NCBI GenBank assembly: GCA_031423805.1
Contig: JANPGE010000211.1
Coordinates: forward strand, 8,654 to 72,653
DNA length: 64,000 bases
From: Segetibacter sp.
GTDB lineage: Bacteria > Bacteroidota > Bacteroidia > Chitinophagales > Chitinophagaceae
Direction of reading: 5' to 3'
The translations under genes were made by a program, and so were the position numbers. The notes beneath the pieces were generated by a model. It saw nothing but the letters and a program-made list of their open reading frames with translations. It made no database searches and was not told where the DNA came from. Shown here piece by piece: positions 53,739 to 64,000 of this stretch (positions are counted from its first letter, which is position 1; every line of letters starts with the position of its first letter).

Positions 53739-54854
53739 ATGAAAAAGCTTCTGCTGACATGCTTAACTGTTGGTACTTTTTTATGGGTACTCATCTATTT
53801 TTTAAGTTGTCTTACTCCTTACATTTCTCCACGATTTTTTTGGCCCATGTCATTTTTGGCTTTGGGATTTCCGTATTTAGCAGCCGGCATTATTGGACTC
53901 ATATTCATTTGGTTTTTTATCAGAAAAAAAATAAGTCTTTTTCTCGTAGTCATTTTGCTGGCAGGATATCAGAATTTATTTTCTACAGTTGGTATCCATT
54001 TTTTAAAACATCCTATTGCTAGGCCTGCCGGAGCATTACGCATTCTTACCTGGAATGTCAGGGGCTTTGACAATCCATCTACCTACATTGATACGCTAGG
54101 CTCCATTAGGCAACAAATGTTTGATTTTATCAGAGAAACCAATCCCGATATCATCTGCACTCAAGAGTTTACCGAACACTTTGGAAAAGGAATGGTGAGC
54201 AACACTACTGAACTGTTAGACATGGGTTATACTTATTATTACAGGACCAATGAAATGTCTCACCTCTATCCTTATGGTTTAGTGGTAAGCGGTAGTGCCA
54301 TTTTTTCAAGATTACCTATTACTGATAGTGGTAAGGTAATGTACAACGACTCATCTTATCCTGAACACATTGCTTATGTAGATATTCAAATGCAAGGCAA
54401 ACCACTTCGCATTTTTTCTACCCATTTTAAGTCGTTTAATTTTGGCTCTATATACATTGAAAATGATAACAGAGCCAAATTTTATGGCGACACAAATTTT
54501 ATTTATAATGCATCAAAGTTTGAAAAACTCAAAGTCTTTTCGCAGGATCATGTATTGCAAAGCAGGCTTGCAAAAAGTATCGTGAATAAAAGTCCTTATC
54601 CGGTTATTTTTTGTGGGGATTTAAATAGTGTGCCTACTTCTTATCCTTATCACAATATGGCTGATAACTTGCAGGATGCATTTCTGCAAAAAGGATGTGG
54701 TTTGGGAACAACTATGGATAGCCTGCCAAAAACTTTACGCATTGATTATTTGTTGGTTGATAAAAGAATTTCAATAAAAAATTATTTTCTAAGGAAACTT
54801 CACCTGTCAGATCATTATCCTCAAATAATAGATGTGAAATGGAAAGATGAATAG
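53739..54854 (+). CDS. Membrane-anchored endonuclease/exonuclease/phosphatase (EEP) family protein
   Basis: ~3 N-terminal TM helices, then LRILTWNVRGF, DIICTQEF, STHFKS, CGDLNSVP and SDHYP. Confidence 0.8.
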   Translation: MKKLLLTCLTVGTFLWVLIYFLSCLTPYISPRFFWPMSFLALGFPYLAAGIIGLIFIWFFIRKKISLFLVVILLAGYQNLFSTVGIHFLKHPIARPAGALRILTWNVRGFDNPSTYIDTLGSIRQQMFDFIRETNPDIICTQEFTEHFGKGMVSNTTELLDMGYTYYYRTNEMSHLYPYGLVVSGSAIFSRLPITDSGKVMYNDSSYPEHIAYVDIQMQGKPLRIFSTHFKSFNFGSIYIENDNRAKFYGDTNFIYNASKFEKLKVFSQDHVLQSRLAKSIVNKSPYPVIFCGDLNSVPTSYPYHNMADNLQDAFLQKGCGLGTTMDSLPKTLRIDYLLVDKRISIKNYFLRKLHLSDHYPQIIDVKWKDE

Positions 54855-54924
54855 AAATAATAATTTCTGTAACAGTATTTCTAAGTTTATAAACCGTCAT
54901 GTTGATTTATTATAACTTTACTGC

Positions 54925-56031
54925 ATGGCGGCAAAAAAAGTCAGATGGATTTTTAAGCGTTTTTTTCTAATACTAAACCTGGTGCTGTCTGCTGTTTTTC
55001 TAATCGCCTGCCTTGTTCCTTATCTCAACCCGGCACATTGGTGGTTTATGGGGCTCATAGGTTTAGCCTTTCCTTATCTGGCATTATTACTTATATTCTT
55101 TTGCATTTTTTGGGGGGTTACCAAACCGGCTTATCTGTTAATCCCAGTCATTACATTACTCATTGGTTATAAGCAAATAGGAGTACTTTTTGCCACAAAT
55201 AAATCAGTAGTTTTTTCAGAAAAAAAAGACAGTACACATTTTCGTATAGTTAACTGGAACATCAGAAGCCTGGAAGGATTGAGTAATAAATCCGAAAAGA
55301 AACGAATAGACAGGGCAACTATTCCCGAAACAATCATTGCTCAAAATCCTGACATTATTTGTCTTCAGGAGTTTAATAATTCTTCTATACAAAACAATAT
55401 TGCTCCATTTCTCTCCAGGTACCATTATTATTATTTTTCAAAAGATTTTAAACGAAGCAAACAAGGCTATAATTCAGGGAGTATTATTTTTTCAAAATAT
55501 CCCATTGTTGATTCAGGCAGAATACCCTTTCCCGATCCACAAGGCGGTAGCCTTATTTTCACAGATATAAAAACACACCAAAAAATCATCCGAGTTTTTA
55601 CAACACATTTGCAATCATATAGATTTAAGCAGGGTGATTATGATAATATGGAAGAAATAAAAAACACAGGGGATAAAACACTTCCTGCTTCAAAAAGCTT
55701 ACTTCAAAAAATGAAATTCGCTTATCAAAAACGAGGTGAGCAAGCTAATATTGTAAGAGATGCATTAGATGCTACACCATTTCCATCTGTAGTTTGTGGA
55801 GACTTTAATGATGTACCCAACAGCTATACCTATTTTCACATTCGCAAAAACTGGCAGGATGCTTTTTTGGCAACATCCTTAGGAATAGGCCGCAGCTACC
55901 TGACTATGGGTCCAACTTTACGCATAGATTATATTTTACCCGATAATAATTTCTCTATCCATCAATTTGATTTGGTTGACGAAGACTTAAGCGACCACCT
56001 GATGTTGGTTACAGACCTTAGTTTGAAATAA
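54925..56031 (+). CDS. Membrane-anchored EEP family protein, tandem paralogue
   Basis: Same layout as the upstream gene: FRIVNWNIRS, DIICLQEF, TTHLQS, CGDFNDVP, SDHLM. Confidence 0.8.
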   Translation: MAAKKVRWIFKRFFLILNLVLSAVFLIACLVPYLNPAHWWFMGLIGLAFPYLALLLIFFCIFWGVTKPAYLLIPVITLLIGYKQIGVLFATNKSVVFSEKKDSTHFRIVNWNIRSLEGLSNKSEKKRIDRATIPETIIAQNPDIICLQEFNNSSIQNNIAPFLSRYHYYYFSKDFKRSKQGYNSGSIIFSKYPIVDSGRIPFPDPQGGSLIFTDIKTHQKIIRVFTTHLQSYRFKQGDYDNMEEIKNTGDKTLPASKSLLQKMKFAYQKRGEQANIVRDALDATPFPSVVCGDFNDVPNSYTYFHIRKNWQDAFLATSLGIGRSYLTMGPTLRIDYILPDNNFSIHQFDLVDEDLSDHLMLVTDLSLK

Positions 56032-56170
56032 GTTTATTACAGACTGGTAAATATTTAACCGAAAAAATATTTTTCTTATATTCGCAATACTAATCGCACA
56101 GGTTGATGCAAATATTTATCCTCCATATACGTTTCTCCTGTTGTTGTTGCAATTGCTAATGCAACTCCCC

Positions 56171-56178
56171 TACTTTTG
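56171..56178 (+). promoter_or_regulatory. Candidate -7 box TACTTTTG
   Basis: Exact TAnnTTTG match 45 nt upstream of the cysS ATG. Confidence 0.3.
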
Positions 56179-56223
56179 CCTTATATCATTTTGTTTTTAA
56201 CCGTGTTCAACTTTATATAAAAT

Positions 56224-57741
56224 ATGTCAACACTCAAAGTATATAATACCCTTTCCCGTAAAAAAGAAGTTTTTGAATCCATAACTCCGGGTCACGTAGG
56301 TATGTATGTGTGCGGCCCTACAGTAAGTGGGGAAAGCCATTTGGGTCATGCCCGACCATATATCACTTTTGACGTAGTCTATCGCTACCTGCAATACTTA
56401 GGTTACAAGGTGAGGTATGTTCGTAACATAACTGACGCCGGCCACTTTGAAGAAGAAGGCCGTGAAGCTGAAGATAAAATAAGCAAAAAAGCATTGCTCG
56501 AAAAGCTTGAACCAATGGAGTTGGTGCAGAAATACACTAACCTGTTTCATTGGGCAATGAAGCAATTTAATACCATCGAGCCAAGCATAGAACCCACTGC
56601 TACAGGCCATATTGTGGAGCAGATTGTAATGATTGAAAAAATAATTGAACAAGGATACGCCTATGTAGCCAACGGCAGTGTTTATTTTGATGTAGAAAAA
56701 TACAATACAGATTTTAGTAAAACCGGTCTTCCTTATGGTATCCTAAGCGGTCGCACACTCGAAGATCAATTAGATAGTACAAGAGAACTGGATAATCAGG
56801 AGGAAAAAAGAAACAAATCAGATTTTGCTTTATGGAAAAATGCGCCTCCCGAACATATTATGCGTTGGATAAGTCCATGGGGCGAAGGCTTTCCGGGTTG
56901 GCATATAGAATGTTCTGCAATGAGCCGAAAATATCTGGGTGATCAGTTTGATATACATGGCGGAGGTATGGATTTACAATTTCCGCATCATGAATGTGAA
57001 ATAGCTCAAAGTGCTGTATGCAATCATAAAATGGCTGCCCGTTATTGGATTCACAATAACATGATTACCATCAATGGACGTAAGATGGGCAAGAGTTATA
57101 ACAATGTAATTAAGCTAAGTGAACTCTTTAGCGGTGGTCATCCAATTTTAGAGCAGGCTTATACACCTATGACCATCAGGTTTTTCATTTTGCAATCGCA
57201 TTACCGGTCTACTTTAGATTTTAGCAACGAGGCATTGCAATCTGCAGAAAAAGGATTGAAACGCCTATGGGAAGCTTATGAAGTTTTACAAAAGATGAAG
57301 TTGGATGAAATTACTTTTATAAGTTCAAATATTGATGCGGAACTTGATAATAAAGTTCAACGATTAATAGGCGAGTTTGGCGAGTTTATGGATGATGATT
57401 TCAATACTGCAAAAGTGCTGGCAAATATGTTTGAATTAGCACCGGTAATCAATGGTATAAAAGACAAGCACATTCCCGTAACCTCGCTTAAAGGTGAGAC
57501 ACTACGGTTAATGCAATCACAAATGAAATTGTTTATAGAAGATATTTTTGGACTCCAAAGTGAGCAGCAAAGTGATGGAGGAAGATTGGATAGTGTACTG
57601 CAAATACTGATAGAATTAAGAAAGGAGGCAAAAGCAAAAAAAGATTATGTTACTTCTGATACTATCAGGAAACAGTTATTGAGTCTTGGCATTATTTTAA
57701 AAGATGAAAAAGATGGAAATATTAGTTATTCAATAGCTTAA
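56224..57741 (+). CDS. cysS: Cysteine--tRNA ligase
   Basis: HLGHARPY (HIGH), KMGKSYNN (KMSKS) and WHIECSAM (zinc/cysteine site); 505 aa. Confidence 0.95.
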   Translation: MSTLKVYNTLSRKKEVFESITPGHVGMYVCGPTVSGESHLGHARPYITFDVVYRYLQYLGYKVRYVRNITDAGHFEEEGREAEDKISKKALLEKLEPMELVQKYTNLFHWAMKQFNTIEPSIEPTATGHIVEQIVMIEKIIEQGYAYVANGSVYFDVEKYNTDFSKTGLPYGILSGRTLEDQLDSTRELDNQEEKRNKSDFALWKNAPPEHIMRWISPWGEGFPGWHIECSAMSRKYLGDQFDIHGGGMDLQFPHHECEIAQSAVCNHKMAARYWIHNNMITINGRKMGKSYNNVIKLSELFSGGHPILEQAYTPMTIRFFILQSHYRSTLDFSNEALQSAEKGLKRLWEAYEVLQKMKLDEITFISSNIDAELDNKVQRLIGEFGEFMDDDFNTAKVLANMFELAPVINGIKDKHIPVTSLKGETLRLMQSQMKLFIEDIFGLQSEQQSDGGRLDSVLQILIELRKEAKAKKDYVTSDTIRKQLLSLGIILKDEKDGNISYSIA

Positions 57742-57848
57742 TAGAAAGTGCTATTTTTAATGTGGAAATGAATTCAAAAAAATCCATTTTAGAATTTTGA
57801 AAATAATTTTTTGAATGTAGAATATTACGAAATAATAAAACTGCTCCA

Positions 57849-58613
57849 ATGAAAAAAATCAGCTTATTAACGATTGTTATGATTTCACTTTATTCTCAAA
57901 ATATACTTGCACAGGGAGACCCCAAAGCAACAGAAGTTTGGAGTCCTGAACCTAAAATTGTAAGTACCGGTGCTACCAACACACCTCCTGAAGATGCAAT
58001 TATTTTGTTTGATGGAAAAAATCTGGACGAATGGTGTTCGGTAAATGACATAAAACAGCCTGCAAAATGGACTGTAGCAAAGGGTGCTTTTACTGTTAAA
58101 AAAGGAACAGGTAATATTCAAACCAAAAAATCATTTACAGATTATCAACTTCATCTTGAGTGGAAGATACCTGCTAATATTACCGGCGAAGGACAACTAC
58201 GTGGCAACAGCGGTCTTTTTCTTGCTTCTACAGGTGGTGGAGATTTAGGGTATGAAATTCAGATTTTAGATAGCTATAATAATAAGACATATTCAAATGG
58301 TCAGGCGGGAAGCATTTACAAGCAATATATTCCATTAGCAAATGCATGTAAGAAACCCGGGCAATGGCAGACATACGATATCATTTGGACTGCACCTCGT
58401 TTTAATGAAGACGGTTCGCTAAAATCAGCTGCTCACATTACTGCACTACACAACGGAGTATTGGTTCAAAATAATGTGGAAATAAAAGGTGTGACTGTGT
58501 ACATAGGAAAGCCAGAATATAAGGCACATGGCGCTTGCCCTATAAAACTACAGGATCACGGTGATAAAAGTGAGCCTATCAGTTTTAGAAACATCTGGAT
58601 AAGGGAGTTGTAA
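57849..58613 (+). CDS. DUF1080 (3-keto-disaccharide hydrolase-like) domain protein
   Basis: Signal peptide; FTDYQLHLEWKIP, GNSGLFL, EIQILDS and the C-terminal ISFRNIWIREL are typical of DUF1080. Confidence 0.75.
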   Translation: MKKISLLTIVMISLYSQNILAQGDPKATEVWSPEPKIVSTGATNTPPEDAIILFDGKNLDEWCSVNDIKQPAKWTVAKGAFTVKKGTGNIQTKKSFTDYQLHLEWKIPANITGEGQLRGNSGLFLASTGGGDLGYEIQILDSYNNKTYSNGQAGSIYKQYIPLANACKKPGQWQTYDIIWTAPRFNEDGSLKSAAHITALHNGVLVQNNVEIKGVTVYIGKPEYKAHGACPIKLQDHGDKSEPISFRNIWIREL

Positions 58614-58636
58614 AAAAAGACGATTCTAAAAAAAGA

Positions 58637-59650
58637 TTACAAGTTCTTATACTGCTGACCTTGTGGAATTTTATAGACCTTGCTCCGTATAAAACCTAAG
58701 AATCCATTTAGCTCTTCCTGGTGAAATTGCTGCCATGTCTGGTAAGTGCTAAGATTGGTAGCCGGGCCAAATAACCAAAAATTATAAGCTTCAAACATAC
58801 CTTCCTGAAGTAACTGTTTTTGATGCTCAAACAACCTGAAGGGGAAGGTATTGGCATGTGTATCGTACCAATCCAAAATAAATCTTGTACGTATTAATGT
58901 AAGAGATTCTGGGTTGACCCCATATCCAAGCTGACTTTTTTCTTTATTAAATGTTTCTGCTACTGCATCAGCAAATTGGTCGCTTTTTTTGTTGATTGCT
59001 TTTTTGGATTCAGGTGCAGCAAAGTAGGCTTTGTATTGGGCAAGCAACAGATTTTTCATTTCTGTACTTCGACCGGTAAAACTTTCCATATTTAAAAAAG
59101 TTTCTGCATACAAAATGCTCCAAAGGGCATTTCCGTTTTCTGCATATTTCTTAGCCAAATAATAATAATTATTAAAGTTATTAGGATCAACAACAATACC
59201 CTGTTCCCATAGTTTAATGGCTTCATTGGGTTGATTGGCTGCAAGCAAATCGCCATATTCACTATATAAAATACCCTCTGTAGGAAATTTTTTTAAGCCC
59301 TTTTTATATAGCTTATCCGCCTCTTTATCTTCTGCTATGGATTTGTATGCCAAGCCTAACATTTGGTATGTCTGCACATCTGCATCGTCCCTTTCAGCCA
59401 ATGGTTTTCCAAATGCTATAGCACTAGCGAAATCCCTTTTTACATAATAAGCAAACAGCAAATCTTTTGAAACCTCTAAATCGTTTGGTTTTGTTTGTAA
59501 TGCTTTGTTTAATACAAGTATTGCATTATCATAATCAGCTTTTTTCAAGAAATTACTGGCAGTTTCCCGCATAGCTGCAACATCATCCGTGGGTTGTGCT
59601 TTTGCAACTGAAACCATGATAACAAAAGCAACTAGAAAAAAATTCTTCAT
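58637..59650 (-). CDS. Secreted TPR-repeat protein
   Basis: Signal peptide plus repeated A/Y/L-rich 34-aa helical pairs (for example YDNAILVLNKALQTKPNDLE). Confidence 0.5.
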   Translation of the reverse strand: MKNFFLVAFVIMVSVAKAQPTDDVAAMRETASNFLKKADYDNAILVLNKALQTKPNDLEVSKDLLFAYYVKRDFASAIAFGKPLAERDDADVQTYQMLGLAYKSIAEDKEADKLYKKGLKKFPTEGILYSEYGDLLAANQPNEAIKLWEQGIVVDPNNFNNYYYLAKKYAENGNALWSILYAETFLNMESFTGRSTEMKNLLLAQYKAYFAAPESKKAINKKSDQFADAVAETFNKEKSQLGYGVNPESLTLIRTRFILDWYDTHANTFPFRLFEHQKQLLQEGMFEAYNFWLFGPATNLSTYQTWQQFHQEELNGFLGFIRSKVYKIPQGQQYKNL

Positions 59651-59690
59651 ATAGTAGGACTCAATATAAAATTAAATTGTGTGTTTGGGG

Positions 59691-60923
59691 TTACTCTATA
59701 AGGTGAGTAAGTAACCCATCTCTAAGTTTAGGCTCAAACCATGTGCTTTTAGGAGGCATAACATTGCCGCTATCTGCTATGTCAAACAATTGCTGAATAC
59801 TTACCGGAAAAAGACTAAAAGCAACCTTAGATTCACCACTGTCAACTCTTGTTACCAGTTCATTCAATCCACGAATACCACCCACAAAATCGATTCGTGT
59901 ATCTGTTCTTTGATCTTTGATGCCTAATACAGGATCTAATAAATTATTTTGTAAAATGGTAACATCTAATACACCAATTGGGTCATTGGTATAAGTACCT
60001 TCTTTTGAAGTTAATAAATACCAGTTTTTATTCAGGTACATACCAAAAGTGTGAATAGCAGTAGGCTTGACTTCCATCTCTCCCTTTTTTTCTATAGAAA
60101 AATGCACACTAATTGAGTTGAGGAAATCATCTTCAGATAAACCATTCAGGTCTTTTGCCACCCTGTTATAATCCATGATATACAACTGACTTGCAGGAAA
60201 CAGAGTAGTTAGAAAATAGTTAGCCCCTGCACTAGCATTATTTCCTAATGCAACTCTCACTTTAGCTGCTGATGCAGCCCTGTGGTGTCCATCTGCAATA
60301 TAAGTGTGGGGTACTTCTTCTTCAAACAATGAAGTAATTTGACTGATAGCGGAGGAATCATTGACCACCCAGATGGTATGTTGTATCCCATCCTCTGCTT
60401 CAAAATTATATACCGGACTTCTGTCATTTTTCCATTGGTCAAGAAGTGTATCTATAGCTTCGACATTTCTATAGGCAAGAAACACATTACCCGTTTGTGC
60501 ACCTGTAGTTTTTATGTGATTTATTCTGTCATTTTCCTTTTCAGGACGGGTAAATTCATGTTTTTTAATGATATCATTTTCGTAATCATCTACAGAACTA
60601 CCGCAAACCAAACCTGTTTGGCTTCGTCCATTCATTACCAATTCATAAATATAATAGCAGGGTTTGCTTTCTCTGAACAATACATTGCGCTGAATGAAGG
60701 CCTGAAGGTTCTGTTTGGCTTTATCGTATACTTCTGATGAATGTATATCAATATTATCAGGAAGGTCTATTTCGCTCTTGGTTATGTGGAGGAATGAATA
60801 TGCATTGCCTTGTGCAGCCGTTTTTGCTTCTTTACTGTTCAGTACATCGTAGGGCTTAGAAGCCACTTTAGATGCCAGTTCAGCTGCAGGTCTCAATGCT
60901 TTGAAAGGTGAAATTTTTGCCAT
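59691..60923 (-). CDS. DUF1015 family protein
   Basis: The N-terminal AKISPFKALRPAAELASKVASKPYDVL and IADGHHR are typical of DUF1015. The gene is adjacent to serC, as is often seen. Confidence 0.75.
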   Translation of the reverse strand: MAKISPFKALRPAAELASKVASKPYDVLNSKEAKTAAQGNAYSFLHITKSEIDLPDNIDIHSSEVYDKAKQNLQAFIQRNVLFRESKPCYYIYELVMNGRSQTGLVCGSSVDDYENDIIKKHEFTRPEKENDRINHIKTTGAQTGNVFLAYRNVEAIDTLLDQWKNDRSPVYNFEAEDGIQHTIWVVNDSSAISQITSLFEEEVPHTYIADGHHRAASAAKVRVALGNNASAGANYFLTTLFPASQLYIMDYNRVAKDLNGLSEDDFLNSISVHFSIEKKGEMEVKPTAIHTFGMYLNKNWYLLTSKEGTYTNDPIGVLDVTILQNNLLDPVLGIKDQRTDTRIDFVGGIRGLNELVTRVDSGESKVAFSLFPVSIQQLFDIADSGNVMPPKSTWFEPKLRDGLLTHLIE

Positions 60924-61159
60924 TAAAAGAATTAATTAAAGGCTGCAAGATAACATACTACAACAAGAGATGTATGCCTAAAGATATATCGTTGCAATAT
61001 GTTTCGATTTTTAACCTTTTTTGTAATATTAATAAGGCAATTTTTTATTCAATAACTCTATGTAAACAGATTAAGGTTTAAGGATTTTAATATTTTTAGA
61101 AAGCAATATTCATTTGTATGATAAATATCAGCTAAAGATGATTTAATATGGATTGCAAT

Positions 61160-62227
61160 TTACCCATTTTGCCATGCAAATTGTTTCATAATGCCAACAA
61201 GTACCTGAACACTGCTTAATGGTAGTGCGTTGTAGAAAGATGCCCTAAAGCCACCTACACTTCGGTGCCCTTTAATGCCGTAAAGATTTTCCTGCTTGCA
61301 TAAGTCCAGAAATTTTTTCTCCAATTCTTTATCCTCCATCACGAAAACCGCATTCATATTGCTACGGTCTTCTTTGGCCACCGGTCCTCTGAATATTGGA
61401 AGACTTTCAAGTGTATTATAAAACAAGTCAGCTTTTTGATTGTTTAATTGCTCAATTGCTGCTACACCCCCCATTTTTTTTAACCACCTAAGCGTAAGCA
61501 TACTTACATAAATTGCAAATACAGGTGGGGTATTAAGCATTGAGTCATTTTCTATGTGCACCCTGTAATCAAGTATTGTGGGGATTTTTCGTGAAACCTT
61601 TCCTAGTATGTTTTTATCAACAACTAAAATATTAACTCCAGCAATACCTATATTTTTTTGTGCACCTGCATAAATCAATGCAAAACGGTTGAAGTCCATT
61701 TGGCGACTCAAGATGTCGCTACTCATATCCGCAACCAAGGGTACGGCGGTATCAGGTATAGTATGCCATTGTGTACCCTCTACCGTATTATTGGTTGTAT
61801 AATGCAGGTACATTGCATCTTTAGGTACAAAAAAGTCTTGTGGCAGGTAGGTGTAGTTTTTATCTTTAGAAGAAGCCACCACTTCTACATTTCCAAATTG
61901 TTTGGCCTCTTTTATAGCTTTGGTCCCCCATATACCATTGTCTATATATGCCGCAGTTTTGCCTTCTTCCAACAAATTCATGGGTACCTGCATAAATTGG
62001 GTACTTGCACCTCCATGAAGAAACAAAACTTCTTTATCGGGTCTAAGATGCATTAATTCCTTTACCAACGATTGAGCTTCATGCAGTACATCTTCAAACA
62101 GCGGGGTTCTGTGTCCTATTTCTAATATTGATAAACCACTGTTGTTGTAGTTGAGAATAGCTTCGCTTGCCTGTTGAAAAACCTCTCTTGGCAAAATACT
62201 TGGGCCTGCATTGAAATTGTGTACCAT
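61160..62227 (-). CDS. serC: Phosphoserine aminotransferase
   Basis: MVHNFNAGPSILPREV is the SerC N-terminus, so I prefer the ATG at 62227. It has a class V aminotransferase core and YAGAQKNIG with the PLP lysine. Confidence 0.9.
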   Translation of the reverse strand: MVHNFNAGPSILPREVFQQASEAILNYNNSGLSILEIGHRTPLFEDVLHEAQSLVKELMHLRPDKEVLFLHGGASTQFMQVPMNLLEEGKTAAYIDNGIWGTKAIKEAKQFGNVEVVASSKDKNYTYLPQDFFVPKDAMYLHYTTNNTVEGTQWHTIPDTAVPLVADMSSDILSRQMDFNRFALIYAGAQKNIGIAGVNILVVDKNILGKVSRKIPTILDYRVHIENDSMLNTPPVFAIYVSMLTLRWLKKMGGVAAIEQLNNQKADLFYNTLESLPIFRGPVAKEDRSNMNAVFVMEDKELEKKFLDLCKQENLYGIKGHRSVGGFRASFYNALPLSSVQVLVGIMKQFAWQNG

Positions 62228-62423
62228 GCTGTAATAATTAAGCTGCAAAGTAAACGAAAGAAAATATGCAATACAGGATTAGAATGGAGATTTAAGTTCC
62301 TGGATAATTTTAGAAATCATATTCTAAACCGGATGAAGTCAATTTGAAATTTTTAAAACTAAATGATGTTGCAATTTAATATTCAGAAGCCTCATCCATT
62401 TGTTTACGAGAAAAAACGCTTAT

Positions 62424-63581
62424 TTATTTTGCCTTTTTCAAAATAATAAACCCAACCAAAGCAGAAAGCGAAGATCCAATTAATATACTCAACTTAGAGG
62501 CTGTAACTACCGAAACATCGTCAAAAGCAAGATTGCTGATGAACATAGACATAGTAAACCCTATTCCTCCCAAAAAGCCAATACCGATTAAAAAAGATAA
62601 AGTAATATCTTCCTGTAAGGAGGCCCAACCTGCCTTTATTAAAACAAGTGGAAATACGACTATACCTAAAACTTTTCCTACAAAAAGACCAAGGATTATT
62701 CCCAAAGAATTGGGTGAACCAATTTGTTGAAAAAAGCCCTGCGGCAGTACAATAGCAGTATTGACCAATGCAAACACAGGTACTATAAGAAAAGCTACCG
62801 GGTAGTGAAGAAACTTTTGTAACCTAATGGAGACATTGTTATCGTCAATATTATCAAAAGGTAAGGCAAAAGCCAGCATAACACCGGAGATGGTAGGATG
62901 CACACCCGATCTAAGAAAGCAATACCACATGACAACACCGGGTAGTAAATAAAATAAGAGGTTGCGGACACCCAGCCTGTTAAAGACCAACAACACTGCC
63001 CAAATACCTACTCCTGAAAGAAGAAAAACAAAAAATACAGTTTTGGTATAAAAAAAGGCAATGACTATGATTGCGCCTATATCATCTATAATAGCAAGTG
63101 CAGCCAGAAATATTTTTACAGAAGCCGGAATGCGGTTGCCGGCCAGCGAAAGAATACCAAGGGCGAAAGCTATATCCGTGGCCATAGGTATTGCAAATCC
63201 TGATTGCGATGGGGTTCCTTTGTTAAATAAGAAGTGAATAAGGGATGGTATTAACATGCCGCCTATAGCAGCTACAACAGGTAAAATTGCTTTTTTAATA
63301 TCTGACAATTCGCCATTGTATAATTCTCTTTCTACCTCGAGACCAACCATGAGAAAGAATATGGTCATCAGTCCATCATTTACCCAATGCTCTATACTTA
63401 GATTTAGAGATTCATGAATAAAACCTGCATTTGCATGATTCTGCATAAAAGCTACATACCCCGAACCAAATGATGAGTTTGCTATAGTAATAGAAACAAT
63501 GGTGCAGCATAACAATAACAGACCGGCTACTTTTTCGCTGTCAAAAAAGTCTTTAAAAAGATTGGCAAATTTCCCAGTCAT
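62424..63581 (-). CDS. nhaA: Na+/H+ antiporter NhaA
   Basis: WVNDGLMTIFFLMVGLEVEREL and IIDDIGAIIVIAFFY are NhaA signatures; 385 aa, polytopic. Confidence 0.9.
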   Translation of the reverse strand: MTGKFANLFKDFFDSEKVAGLLLLCCTIVSITIANSSFGSGYVAFMQNHANAGFIHESLNLSIEHWVNDGLMTIFFLMVGLEVERELYNGELSDIKKAILPVVAAIGGMLIPSLIHFLFNKGTPSQSGFAIPMATDIAFALGILSLAGNRIPASVKIFLAALAIIDDIGAIIVIAFFYTKTVFFVFLLSGVGIWAVLLVFNRLGVRNLLFYLLPGVVMWYCFLRSGVHPTISGVMLAFALPFDNIDDNNVSIRLQKFLHYPVAFLIVPVFALVNTAIVLPQGFFQQIGSPNSLGIILGLFVGKVLGIVVFPLVLIKAGWASLQEDITLSFLIGIGFLGGIGFTMSMFISNLAFDDVSVVTASKLSILIGSSLSALVGFIILKKAK

Positions 63582-63991
63582 TTTTTCTTAGGTCGCTTTT
63601 CTTCATTGAGCTTGCCGTAATCATTATAAATACTATTGAAAAACCACAGATACAAATTGCATACTAACCAACCAAAAAACATAGCTATGCCGAAGAATAT
63701 ATTTTTTCTGACAAAAGACTTAATATTTATCATGGTTGCTACTACCTTAGACACCACACCAATAAGTGCAATGATAACAACCCAAACTATTAACCTGACT
63801 GTGATATTTACAAATGAGTAATCCCAAAGATTTTTAAAAACAACCAGCGTTAATAAACCGCCTGCTACAGCTACTGCAAGTGCAAGTACCATGAACTTAA
63901 TAGTGCTGCTTAAATAAAATAGTTTAAATGGAACACGGCTTGACTCTTTAAAAACCTTTTCCATTTCACTTGCCTTATCGGGTCGGGTCAA
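63578..63991 (-). CDS. Hypothetical membrane protein, start uncertain (frame open to window edge)
   Basis: 3-4 TM helices and a 4-nt overlap with the nhaA start. The listed start is TTG, and the frame has no stop up to nt 64000. Confidence 0.5.
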   Translation of the reverse strand: MTRPDKASEMEKVFKESSRVPFKLFYLSSTIKFMVLALAVAVAGGLLTLVVFKNLWDYSFVNITVRLIVWVVIIALIGVVSKVVATMINIKSFVRKNIFFGIAMFFGWLVCNLYLWFFNSIYNDYGKLNEEKRPKKK

Positions 63992-64000
63992 ATAATCCTT

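Noticed and set aside
53735-54022. 95-aa ORF in an alternative frame at the start of the first EEP gene, and ORFs 52935..53153 / 53095..53505 inside the rhomboid-like gene
   Set aside because: The 371-aa and 305-aa frames carry the family motifs, and the alternatives are frame shadows.
1-64000. Search for tRNA/rRNA/tmRNA/RNase P/SRP RNA signatures, CRISPR-like spaced repeats, integrase/transposase genes and terminal inverted repeats
   Set aside because: By eye I found no T-loop-type GGTTCGAATCC-like strings, no GAGGAAAGTCC (RNase P) and no regularly spaced direct repeats. No ORF has recombinase or transposase motifs. The islands therefore lack visible mobility genes within this window.

Overview
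This 64-kb window looks like a chromosomal segment of a Bacteroidota genome, probably Chitinophagia- or Sphingobacteriia-like. Support for that: T9SS C-terminal sorting domains, BatD, a GH3-family protein, a fused E1 alpha/beta dehydrogenase, TAnnTTTG-type -7 promoter boxes and few Shine-Dalgarno sequences. I found no rRNA, tRNA, CRISPR array, integrase or transposase. Most of the window is housekeeping or envelope genes: uvrD, M16/S41/M23 peptidases, rhomboids, MqnC/E-family radical SAM enzyme, alkB-like hydroxylase, AsmA, MMPL, suhB-like, thiL, rlmD, cysS, serC, nhaA. Four AT-rich accessory patches interrupt this backbone. (1) nt 1-4221 is a translationally coupled operon: a 5'-truncated UvrD-like SF1 helicase, a 616-aa coiled-coil protein with a Rho_N/SAP-like tail, and a 491-aa protein with a class I SAM-methyltransferase fold. 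I cannot map this trio to any named system, and it is my best candidate for an undescribed defence or modification module. (2) nt 10629-15989 encodes one 1786-aa protein with an Upf1/DNA2-like SF1 helicase, a DUF559/Vsr-like nuclease and a GreA/B-C-like tail, resembling the Hhe single-gene defence architecture. (3) nt 19214-20400 holds an orphan T9SS sorting-domain remnant and a DUF4160/DUF2442 pair, bracketed by copies of a 25-nt perfect hairpin that also follows the giant helicase gene. (4) nt 44676-46540 is a wHTH-regulator/nucleotidyltransferase pair (AbiE-like) behind a GTTCAC/GTGAAC operator array. All calls come from reading the ORF translations and the DNA by eye; no database search was run.
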